Source: a virus
Taxonomy: Duplodnaviria > Caudoviricetes
Length of the DNA: 64,000 nucleotides
Reading direction: 5' to 3' (one strand)
Virus record (IMG/VR): IMGVR_UViG_3300042883_001293
Part shown: piece after piece, positions 1 through 7,589 of the stretch
Layout of the letters: each line of letters starts with the position of its first letter
Position numbering within the stretch: position 1 is the stretch's first letter
The notes under the pieces: generated by a model
What the model saw: the letters and a program-made list of their open reading frames with translations, nothing else
Told to the model about the DNA's origin: nothing
The model's database searches: none
Translations under genes and position numbers: made by a program

Positions 1-21
1 CCTTTGTCGTATAATGACTTT

Positions 22-399
22 ATGAAACAACCAACTCAAATGAAAGACCTTGAACTCGGACAAATGATTTTCGGTAATCCCACAGAGGAATATAGTGTTC
101 CTCGTGAGAAATGGATGGGTGGTCCATTCCAAATCCTAATTGATGCGATCACAGAAAAGACAGGAGAAAAGGATTATGGATACACTCCACATTTCTCCAA
201 CGACTTTTTTACTATGCGTCCTTATTATTGGGGTGATGAAGAAGATGAAATGGATAAACCTAACTTTGAAATCCCAAGTGAAAACTTCCGTTTGACTTGG
301 TATAAGTATCCTTTTAGGAGTTCTTATGCGAGTGAGAAACTTACTCCAAAGAGATGGAATGATTTGGTTCAAAAATGTATTAAGAGTTTGGAAGAATGA
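22..399 (+). CDS. hypothetical phage protein (probable start ATG 22, leaderless)
   Basis: ORF track 4..399; TATAAT at 10-15 places the transcription start on ATG 22. Confidence 0.75.
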   Translation: MKQPTQMKDLELGQMIFGNPTEEYSVPREKWMGGPFQILIDAITEKTGEKDYGYTPHFSNDFFTMRPYYWGDEEDEMDKPNFEIPSENFRLTWYKYPFRSSYASEKLTPKRWNDLVQKCIKSLEE

Positions 400-647
400 C
401 TAAACATCCAACCAACAACTGGAACTTTCACGATGACGCAGAGGATGCCTTTGTAAAGTGGTTTAATGACTTTTATAGTCCTTATACCTTTCGTTCTGAA
501 TGGTTTTACGGGGACTGTAAAGTAGAAGACGAAAAGACCCGTGAGGACATTATGTATGGTTGGATACACACATCTTTTGTTGCTGGTTGGGAAGCAGCAA
601 ACTATGCTAAACTGGAGGAGGAAGTAGGACTTACTGATAATGAGTGA
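396..647 (+). CDS. hypothetical protein
   Basis: 83 aa ORF, ATGA overlap with upstream gene. Confidence 0.75.
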   Translation: MTKHPTNNWNFHDDAEDAFVKWFNDFYSPYTFRSEWFYGDCKVEDEKTREDIMYGWIHTSFVAGWEAANYAKLEEEVGLTDNE

Positions 648-1437
648 TATAATTTACTACAAAAATGGTGAGGAAACATACCGTATTTCTCCTCCAACTC
701 CTGGAACCAAATGTCCTGAAACCAAACTTGAAATCAAAATGACTGAAACCGACATCTCAAAAGTTCTCATAGAGGGAGACTACGCAACCATTATGGGTGT
801 GAAGTATAAGAGAGTAGAAGAACAAGAATTCACACTTGAACTCACACTTGACGAACTTCACATGCTTGATAAGTATGTTGAATATTGTGAAGAAACAAAA
901 GAGTTTTTTGATAAACTCAAGAATGCTTATCCTAAACAAAAATCACCAGTAGAAGAAGCATATAAGAATACCTTTGGAGATTATCCTGATATGGTACATA
1001 ATCTCAATTCATTCTCAATATTCCAGAAGGGTTATGAGGCAGCACAATCAAAGAATGTTGAACCTTATTGTCCAGATGAACCTGATTGGTATGATGAAGT
1101 AGAACATGATGAGAAGGACAATCCTCCTTATCGTATCACTGATGAAGTTGTGAATAAAATGCTGAAGGAATGGGAAGAAAATCCCCCAGACTTTTTGAAG
1201 TTTGAAATGGGCAAAACTCTGGAAGATTTGATTACTCGGTGGTGGTTGGATATTCATACAGTCCATAAAGATTGGGATGTTCCAACTTATGTTGATGATT
1301 TGATTGACCAAATTCAGTTGTGGTTGCCGAAAGAACAATCGCACGAAGGAACACAAGATGCTTCTGTAATTGACTTGGTAGACGGATATAATGACTGCCT
1401 CACCAAAATCAAATCAAAATTGAGGAATAAAAAATGA
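640..1437 (+). CDS. hypothetical acidic, modular phage protein
   Basis: 265 aa ORF coupled to neighbours. Confidence 0.8.
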   Translation: MSDIIYYKNGEETYRISPPTPGTKCPETKLEIKMTETDISKVLIEGDYATIMGVKYKRVEEQEFTLELTLDELHMLDKYVEYCEETKEFFDKLKNAYPKQKSPVEEAYKNTFGDYPDMVHNLNSFSIFQKGYEAAQSKNVEPYCPDEPDWYDEVEHDEKDNPPYRITDEVVNKMLKEWEENPPDFLKFEMGKTLEDLITRWWLDIHTVHKDWDVPTYVDDLIDQIQLWLPKEQSHEGTQDASVIDLVDGYNDCLTKIKSKLRNKK

Positions 1438-1634
1438 AACTTCACGAACGACTTACGGAATGGTATTATACTCACGATGCCGTTCAATCTGGTGATGTAA
1501 TCGCAAATGAGATTGTGAATGTCGTGAAGGAATGGTTGAAAAACTATCATAAAGAAGACACCAACAAATACGATTTTGACTATTTCAGTGGATGGGCAGA
1601 TTGTATTGATATTTTAGAGAGGGATTTACGATGA
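1434..1634 (+). CDS. hypothetical protein
   Basis: 66 aa ORF with ATGA overlaps. Confidence 0.7.
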   Translation: MKLHERLTEWYYTHDAVQSGDVIANEIVNVVKEWLKNYHKEDTNKYDFDYFSGWADCIDILERDLR

Positions 1635-1822
1635 CTGAACGAAACTTTACAAAAGAACTCCTATACTCATATTATGCTGATATGGAAGGTGGAGATGATG
1701 TTGAGAGCATTGATTATCGTTCTTTGATACATATCATCACCGAACTTCATAGGAGGATTGAGAAACTTGAAAGGAAGTTAGAAAAGCAGGAAGAGTATGC
1801 TATGGAGCAAAATGAACAATGA
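1631..1822 (+). CDS. hypothetical protein with C-terminal coiled coil
   Basis: 63 aa ORF with ATGA overlap. Confidence 0.7.
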   Translation: MTERNFTKELLYSYYADMEGGDDVESIDYRSLIHIITELHRRIEKLERKLEKQEEYAMEQNEQ

Positions 1823-2390
1823 TATGCCGTGGGTCAATCTCACACAAGAAGAAGTAGAAGAACTCCGCAACAAAAAACACGAACTCACTGAATACGGCAA
1901 ACAGAGGTTGAAAGAACTTATCTACAAACAGGATATGAAAAAAATGGAAGATGCTGCAAAAAATCTTGTTCTTGAAAATCTCACGCATGAAGAAATGTTG
2001 GAAATTGCTGAAAAAAGAGAGGCAGAAAACAAAGCACTTGCTACTCTTGATGAACTTTATGAGAAGCACGGTGATGCCATGTTGAAACTTGCAGAGATTG
2101 AAAAGGATGAATGGGAACGTAGAGAACGTGCTGATACTGTCCTGCGACGATATAATCACTTTTATAATGAAGAATGTTCTGGTCTTCCTCACGGGACACC
2201 AATCACACCAGAACATATGCAGGCACTTACTCTTGAATGTATGATTGATGCTCTCATGTGCGAAAATCTAAATGTAGAGTATAATGTGATTGCGATTGAT
2301 GACATCAAGGATTTGATTGAAGGATTGTATCGGCAGAGTGATGAGTTTTTGGAACGAGTGAGGAAACTGAAAGAGCAGAATAATGGATGA
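1812..2390 (+). CDS. hypothetical coiled-coil protein
   Basis: ORF track 1797..2390; ATG 1812 is the likelier start. Confidence 0.75.
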   Translation: MNNDMPWVNLTQEEVEELRNKKHELTEYGKQRLKELIYKQDMKKMEDAAKNLVLENLTHEEMLEIAEKREAENKALATLDELYEKHGDAMLKLAEIEKDEWERRERADTVLRRYNHFYNEECSGLPHGTPITPEHMQALTLECMIDALMCENLNVEYNVIAIDDIKDLIEGLYRQSDEFLERVRKLKEQNNG

Positions 2391-2676
2391 ATCATACTAT
2401 CAGTATTATGTGATTGATTATTATGCGACTGGAGAAGGTCGTTCCATTTGGTTGATGATTTGTCCGAATAACTCTCCATCATATCCACAGGATTATCTAC
2501 AAAACCGATGGGAGAAGTTTGTAAATGTAGAGTACTATTTGTACGGGACAGAAAAACTCACAGAAGAAGAGTTTATGAAGAAGTATCGTGTGTTTATGCC
2601 AGGACACATTAAGAATACTATTGAAGAGAAAAGTATGAGTATCTGGCAATCACATTATCATTTTAATCGTTCATAA
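2383..2676 (+). CDS. hypothetical protein
   Basis: 97 aa ORF. Confidence 0.75.
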   Translation: MDESYYQYYVIDYYATGEGRSIWLMICPNNSPSYPQDYLQNRWEKFVNVEYYLYGTEKLTEEEFMKKYRVFMPGHIKNTIEEKSMSIWQSHYHFNRS

Positions 2677-2880
2677 TGAAACCACTACCAGATAAAAGAG
2701 AATTGGATATTATGTGGACTGTTGCCACCTCAACCAGTATTGAAACTGGCACAAGACCCCACCACGGTTTCGCAAAAATGGAAATGTCTTGAAACTGGTT
2801 ATGTTAGTAATGCTGGTGGACTTTCTCAATATCAAAAGGCACGAGCAATAGATACTTCCAAAAGAGTTAGAATATCATAA
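2676..2880 (+). pseudogene. chimeric remnant: truncated small ORF (2676-2792) joined to a homing-endonuclease-like C-terminal tail in another frame (2773-2880)
   Basis: Hand translation: MKPLPDKRELDIMWTVATSTSIETGTRPHHGFAKMEMS* and an ATG-less frame QKWKCLETGYVSNAGGLSQYQKARAIDTSKRVRIS*. Confidence 0.45.
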
Positions 2881-2938
2881 GGACACTTCCCAAACTGGAA
2901 CAAGGGCACTTGAAACCTAGTGCTTTTTGTTGTATAAT
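2880..2938 (+). promoter_or_regulatory. early-type promoter with upstream 22-bp dyad and -35 inside a hairpin
   Basis: AGGACA-N10-TGGAAC, 8 nt, TTGAAA(2910)-17-TATAAT(2933). Confidence 0.75.
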
Positions 2939-2944
2939 GATTTT

Positions 2945-3184
2945 ATGAAAGATAAACCACCTATGGAAAAAAAGTTATGTGTTAGTTGCAAGTATTATCG
3001 TAAGGATTGGTTGGGTCATCTATTTGGATTTGGACACCGACACGATACTTGCACTTCTCCAAATACTTCCACAAATCTTGTAACTGGCAACGAAAGTAGG
3101 TTTTGTGATATGCTCCGTGCTAAATGCTGGGAATCACTTGATTATTCTTGTGGTTCTGATGGTAAGTTCTGGGAGGCAAAATGA
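2945..3184 (+). CDS. Cys-rich hypothetical protein (leaderless, ATG 2945)
   Basis: CxxC plus further Cys; in frame with ORF track 2927..3184. Confidence 0.7.
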   Translation: MKDKPPMEKKLCVSCKYYRKDWLGHLFGFGHRHDTCTSPNTSTNLVTGNESRFCDMLRAKCWESLDYSCGSDGKFWEAK

Positions 3185-3351
3185 AAGCATTTAAGATATG
3201 TTTTGAGTTGTGGAAACAACTGATGACTTATGATGGTCGTGACCCTGAATGGGACTTTGAAGATTATCAAGGTATTTTTTGGGATTATCTAAACTACTCT
3301 TACATTAGAACAGAGTGGAGTATCAAGAGTGAATGGAAGTGGAAGAAATGA
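3181..3351 (+). CDS. Trp/Tyr-rich small protein (56 aa, missed by track)
   Basis: Hand translation MKAFKICFELWKQLMTYDGRDPEWDFEDYQGIFWDYLNYSY...; ATGA overlaps both ends. Confidence 0.65.
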   Translation: MKAFKICFELWKQLMTYDGRDPEWDFEDYQGIFWDYLNYSYIRTEWSIKSEWKWKK

Positions 3352-3530
3352 ACGACGAAAAGAACCCTGATGAGATTGTCGTCAAGGACATAGATATGAT
3401 ACACTTTGAGATGATGGATGATGGGTTCTTATGGTGTGGAATCTATCATAAGAATGGTCAGGTTGATCATTTCAACATCACTGCAAAGAAAAACAAACTC
3501 TCTACTATCTGGATGCCTAATTGTGGATAA
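3348..3530 (+). CDS. hypothetical protein
   Basis: ORF track 3333..3530, ATG 3348 overlaps upstream stop. Confidence 0.65.
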   Translation: MNDEKNPDEIVVKDIDMIHFEMMDDGFLWCGIYHKNGQVDHFNITAKKNKLSTIWMPNCG

Positions 3531-3825
3531 TCTCCTACAACGATATAAAAACTACACCCGCAAGCAGTATAATCGTTACTGCTATGATGGTGATTTTGAA
3601 CCTCACTTCAGGTGGAACCCATTTGATACAAATAACGATTGGGTGTATGATAATGAGAAGTGGAGACACTTTATCTGGGGATTTCAAAATATAGCAAATG
3701 CTTGGGAGGCGTGGTCTTATTGGATGAGAGATAAGAAGTATTCTTATAAACTTCCTTATGCGATGTGGTCAGAACTAAATGATGGTTGGATGTATATGTA
3801 TGAATATTCTTGGACAAAAAAATGA
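3523..3825 (+). CDS. Trp/Tyr-rich hypothetical protein
   Basis: ORF track 3418..3825; GTG 3523 likely start; motif WSELNDGWMYM. Confidence 0.65.
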   Translation: MDNLLQRYKNYTRKQYNRYCYDGDFEPHFRWNPFDTNNDWVYDNEKWRHFIWGFQNIANAWEAWSYWMRDKKYSYKLPYAMWSELNDGWMYMYEYSWTKK

Positions 3826-4145
3826 ACTTCCATAAACTAATCATATCAAATAGATTTCTACGTTACACACCATTTTGGTGGTGGTATAGGTTGATGTCGC
3901 ATGAAGGATTTCGCTTTGATGATTATCACATTTGGGGAGAATTTTGGCACTCTCTGAATGGTGGATGGTTGGATATGAACTACAAATATGAGTTTGAGAA
4001 GTTTTGGGGTAAAGGATCTTATCCACCAGAAAAGATTATTCTATCAAAAGAAAACTTTGATGCTCTTGTAGAAAAACTCAACGAACCACCACAATACAAC
4101 GAAAAGATCGCTAGAGTATTACAACGGAAAGCACCATGGGATTGA
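3822..4145 (+). CDS. Trp/Tyr-rich hypothetical protein
   Basis: motif WHSLNGGWLDM; ATG 3822 overlaps upstream stop. Confidence 0.7.
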   Translation: MNFHKLIISNRFLRYTPFWWWYRLMSHEGFRFDDYHIWGEFWHSLNGGWLDMNYKYEFEKFWGKGSYPPEKIILSKENFDALVEKLNEPPQYNEKIARVLQRKAPWD

Positions 4146-4152
4146 ATAAATA
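4146..4152 (+). promoter_or_regulatory. T4-type late promoter
   Basis: ATAAATA 14 nt upstream of ATG 4166. Confidence 0.6.
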
Positions 4153-4165
4153 CTTCCAAAAAGTC

Positions 4166-4369
4166 ATGATTACTTTCAAACAGTTTTTAGAAGAAGCAAA
4201 GAAAAAAGAAGTAGAAAAAATTCAGTCTAAAACTGGTAAACTGTCGAAAAAACAAATCATGAAAGTATTAAATTCTCAAGGTGGAATTGGTGGTGGATCG
4301 GTGAAGAAGTATGTTGATAAAAATCCAGATCGTGGTCCTCAACATTATAATTTAAGAGATAAAATGTGA
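4166..4369 (+). CDS. small basic protein with T4 internal-protein-like N-terminus (candidate head internal protein)
   Basis: MITFKQFLEEA resembles T4 capsid targeting sequence; late promoter upstream. Confidence 0.55.
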   Translation: MITFKQFLEEAKKKEVEKIQSKTGKLSKKQIMKVLNSQGGIGGGSVKKYVDKNPDRGPQHYNLRDKM

Positions 4370-4538
4370 ACGAAAAGGCAAAAATTTATTATAATGTCTG
4401 GTGTTGTGCATATCAACGCAGACATTTGTATCGTGACACACCCAGAGAACAGAGAGAACATGCTACAATACTCATGTGCCTCCAAATGAAAGACGCCAAA
4501 TGGTATCAATTTGACACTGAAAAACCAAAACATTTAAA

Positions 4539-4733
4539 ATGATCTCAATTTATGATATAATGTATGATGAACGTAAATATGGTTGGGTTGTAGATAAACG
4601 CTATGACTGGATCAATATGCTTAATAAAATGCAAAAGAGTAATCCGCAAAGATTTGTGGAGTTCAAATACTCGCAGGAAACAATTTATCATCACATAGAT
4701 AGGTTGCAACAAGAACAAAACCTTTATGATTAA
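4539..4733 (+). CDS. hypothetical protein
   Basis: 64 aa ORF; exact start uncertain. Confidence 0.65.
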   Translation: MISIYDIMYDERKYGWVVDKRYDWINMLNKMQKSNPQRFVEFKYSQETIYHHIDRLQQEQNLYD

Positions 4734-4737
4734 TTAA

Positions 4738-4929
4738 ATGCCTAAACCAATTAAAGAAGAGTTTCCACATCCTGGATTCCCAATTAAAATTGTCCATAAA
4801 GATGGAAAGGACCTAAAGGATAAAAAAACTTGTTATTTTCAGTGTGATGCACATGCCAAAAAATACATAGAGAAATCTAAATTCAAGAAAAAAGACTACA
4901 TTATTACTTACCAAGAGGATACCAAATGA
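4738..4929 (+). CDS. hypothetical basic protein
   Basis: 63 aa ORF. Confidence 0.7.
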   Translation: MPKPIKEEFPHPGFPIKIVHKDGKDLKDKKTCYFQCDAHAKKYIEKSKFKKKDYIITYQEDTK

Positions 4930-5090
4930 CAACACGAACTTTTGTTGATAAGAATGGAAATTCCTGGGAGTGGGAAGAAACTCCAGAAACTGCTAGGGCA
5001 GTAGAAGAACTTTCAAAATTTGCAGGTAATTATCAGGGACCTCTGTATGCACCTCATCCTGACATAAAAAATGGAAAAAAAACTAATTGA
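4926..5090 (+). CDS. hypothetical protein (54 aa, missed by track)
   Basis: Hand translation MTTRTFVDKNGNSWEWEETPE...; ATGA overlap. Confidence 0.6.
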   Translation: MTTRTFVDKNGNSWEWEETPETARAVEELSKFAGNYQGPLYAPHPDIKNGKKTN

Positions 5091-5280
5091 CGACTGCTTT
5101 TACATTCAACAGAAAAAGTATGGACTCTGGTATTCAACCGATCTTGAAGAAACCGAATTGGTTACATCTCTCACTGAAGAGCAATGTGTATCAGCGACCC
5201 GTTATGTACTTAAAGGACGGCAGGAAGGTTTCCCTGAACCCCAAAAAGTTCACGAAGGAATAGTAGGTGGAAAACTCTGA
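5071..5280 (+). CDS. conserved-looking cyanophage hypothetical protein
   Basis: 69 aa ORF. Confidence 0.7.
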   Translation: MEKKLIDDCFYIQQKKYGLWYSTDLEETELVTSLTEEQCVSATRYVLKGRQEGFPEPQKVHEGIVGGKL

Positions 5281-5293
5281 TTATTCATATCAT

Positions 5294-5431
5294 GTGCTAG
5301 ACCCCACTATACCCTGGTATGAGTGGTTGTGCTACTGTGAAATCTACTGCTAATTAAATGTTGAGGGGCAATTAAATTGGAACAGATTTATGAGGTATAG
5401 AAATTACTTGAAAGAAGTTGGTGTATCATGA
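5294..5431 (+). pseudogene. small ORF interrupted by in-frame TAA at 5351
   Basis: VLDPTIPWYEWLCYCEIYC*LNVEGQLNWNRFMRYRNYLKEVGVS*; frame continues 25 codons past the stop and ends in an ATGA overlap. Confidence 0.5.
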
Positions 5432-5631
5432 ATTGGTTTAAAAAATGGGGTTTTGACGAAGAAGTTCCAATGGATAATATCTATGAGAAACTTTATGAGA
5501 TGGAAGACCGAATTATTAAGTTAGAAGAAGAAAATATAGAACTTACAAATGAATTGTATCGTATGGAAAACTCTCTTGATTCCCGTATAGATATTCTTGC
5601 TGAACGTTGTAGGATTAATTACGATGTATGA
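5428..5631 (+). CDS. coiled-coil hypothetical protein
   Basis: 67 aa ORF. Confidence 0.7.
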   Translation: MNWFKKWGFDEEVPMDNIYEKLYEMEDRIIKLEEENIELTNELYRMENSLDSRIDILAERCRINYDV

Positions 5632-5824
5632 AACTTTAACTGAATTTGAAAGAGCACTTGCTCGTTTTGGGGATAAAGTAGGACTGATTGCTGGAATGGA
5701 AGTATCTGATAAGATTTCTCCAGAAGAAGCATATCAGATGATTAAAGAAGAATATAAAGAACTCAAATCTCTTCGCAAAATTGAAAAGAAAACTTGGGTA
5801 AACGACACAGAAGTTGACATGTGA
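5624..5824 (+). CDS. hypothetical protein
   Basis: ORF track 5597..5824; ATG 5624. Confidence 0.7.
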   Translation: MYETLTEFERALARFGDKVGLIAGMEVSDKISPEEAYQMIKEEYKELKSLRKIEKKTWVNDTEVDM

Positions 5825-5982
5825 TGGAAGATACTCTTAAAATAACAGAGAACGAGGACGGATCGTTCACCATGGACTGGGACCCAAAAGACCCAAAATG
5901 GAAGTTTCTTAATGGGTTGACAAACAAAGAGATCCAGGTTATAGTGGAGCAAGCAATCAAGGACTACATCAATGACCTTTGA
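5824..5982 (+). CDS. hypothetical protein (52 aa, missed by track)
   Basis: Hand translation MEDTLKITENEDGSFTMDWDPKDPKW... Confidence 0.6.
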   Translation: MEDTLKITENEDGSFTMDWDPKDPKWKFLNGLTNKEIQVIVEQAIKDYINDL

Positions 5983-6601
5983 CTACAAGAAGTATTCTCT
6001 TGAAAATCTTGAAAACTGGATGCACGATGCAATGTCTTGTGCGGAAGCAACACCTCAAGAAATCTATGATGTGATTAAAGGTGTTGTTGAGGACAACTAC
6101 TATACGTACAAGCATCAAGCATCTCAAGCATATGAACTTCTTGCTCTTCTGAATGGTAATGGTAAGGGTCATATTGAAGCATATGACGCTGTAATGCGTG
6201 AGAAAGAGTATTATGAACCTTCTATGCCTCCTTGGGGACATAGTGACATGGAAGCACTTCAATACACAGAAGAAGAAATGGATGCTATGTGTGATGCTGC
6301 TAAAAAACAGGAAGATCAACGTCAAATGACATATGATGAAGCAATTGCTGCTGGTTGGACTATGACTGCTGATGGTTTCTGGATCAAAGAATCTCCCAAA
6401 CTTAAAAAAGATAAAGTTGTAAAGTGGCAACTTCCTGTTGAAATTGATGGTCCAAGTGGAGAATACTTTATTTGCTTCCCTGATGACCTGCTAGAAGCAG
6501 CAAATCTGAAAGAAGGTGATCAGGTAAATTGGGTTGACAATGGTGATGGATCTTACATCTTGACTAAAGTAACTGAACCACTTGGTATGGATGAGTGTTG
6601 A
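5972..6601 (+). CDS. modular protein with C-terminal AbrB/MazE-like swapped-hairpin domain
   Basis: C-terminus VEIDGPSGEYFICFPDDLLEAANLKEGDQVNWVDNGDGSYILTKV fits the SpoVT/AbrB pattern. Confidence 0.6.
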   Translation: MTFDYKKYSLENLENWMHDAMSCAEATPQEIYDVIKGVVEDNYYTYKHQASQAYELLALLNGNGKGHIEAYDAVMREKEYYEPSMPPWGHSDMEALQYTEEEMDAMCDAAKKQEDQRQMTYDEAIAAGWTMTADGFWIKESPKLKKDKVVKWQLPVEIDGPSGEYFICFPDDLLEAANLKEGDQVNWVDNGDGSYILTKVTEPLGMDEC

Positions 6602-6757
6602 TGATTGAAACTCTTCTTTGTGGTTACAATTTACTCTGCCATGTAAGAAACGTGGTAGAATATCCAAAAATACAAACGCCTGTGATAAAGTATTACGAAC
6701 CAGGCAAATCCTGTTATGTAAACGGAACCTTTTATACTAAATGTGAGGACAGATTAA

Positions 6758-6988
6758 ATGGCATTAAGTGAATCGGTGGAGCAAAGTTTAAAAGAAGCTG
6801 AAGCAAATCTTCGTAATGCACTTGCATATGCTGCTCGTCAAGAACGACCAATGGTTTGTAGTGTAATTGCAGATATTATCAGTCGTATTGAATCTCTACA
6901 GGCAACTGATTCTATTCTTGATAAACTTGAAAATCGCAAGTCTGGTGACAGTGGGTTTTTTGGATCTTTCTTTGATGGTAAAGATTAA
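6758..6988 (+). CDS. hypothetical protein
   Basis: 76 aa ORF, GAGG SD upstream. Confidence 0.75.
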   Translation: MALSESVEQSLKEAEANLRNALAYAARQERPMVCSVIADIISRIESLQATDSILDKLENRKSGDSGFFGSFFDGKD

Positions 6989-7083
6989 TCATTAAGTGTT
7001 GTAACGCGATCCCAAAGAAAACATTAAGTTTCTAGATATTAATGTATTGGAATGCTAATATTGGGACACATCGCAAAAACACT

Positions 7084-7260
7084 ATGACCCTTGCAAAAAC
7101 TGGAACTGCAAACCTCACTACCGAAGAATGGAATGAACTAATTGCACTAAAAGAGGCAATTAGTTATGCTCCTCAAACAGTTTCTGCAGAGAAAATGGAA
7201 AAATTCGTAGAACTTATGGTCCGCTCTCTTGAAGGAAAAGGCGATTGCACACCACGATAA
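7084..7260 (+). CDS. hypothetical protein
   Basis: ORF track 7042..7260; ATG 7084. Confidence 0.65.
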   Translation: MTLAKTGTANLTTEEWNELIALKEAISYAPQTVSAEKMEKFVELMVRSLEGKGDCTPR

Positions 7261-7263
7261 AAA

Positions 7264-7270
7264 ATAAATA
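7264..7270 (+). promoter_or_regulatory. late promoter for cp12
   Basis: ATAAATA upstream of ATG 7291. Confidence 0.55.
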
Positions 7271-7290
7271 AGTATTATCAAAATACAAAA

Positions 7291-7503
7291 ATGGAAAACA
7301 TCGACCAACATATTCAAAAAGATAAAGAACTTCTGGAAGATCCTATGATTTCTCCACAAGCAAGAAGGCATACTGAGGAAGAACTTGAAGCACTGAGATC
7401 CTATAAAGAGCATCACCCTAATGATAATCATGATCCAACTGCATTAGAATTGTACTGCGATGCTAATCCTAATGCCCTTGAATGCAGAGTTTATGAAGAC
7501 TGA
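7291..7503 (+). CDS. cp12: CP12 Calvin-cycle inhibitor (cyanophage type)
   Basis: C-terminal DPTALELYCDANPNALECRVYED with the conserved Cys pair of CP12. Confidence 0.9.
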   Translation: MENIDQHIQKDKELLEDPMISPQARRHTEEELEALRSYKEHHPNDNHDPTALELYCDANPNALECRVYED

Positions 7504-7589
7504 GACCTAAATTAAATCCTTAAAAAAGACCCTCCTACACGACCATGCAGGAGGGTTTCATGCTATAATACCTGAAACAAACAAACATT

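Noticed and set aside
7001-7014. NtcA site
   Set aside because: GTA-N8 is followed by CCA, not TAC
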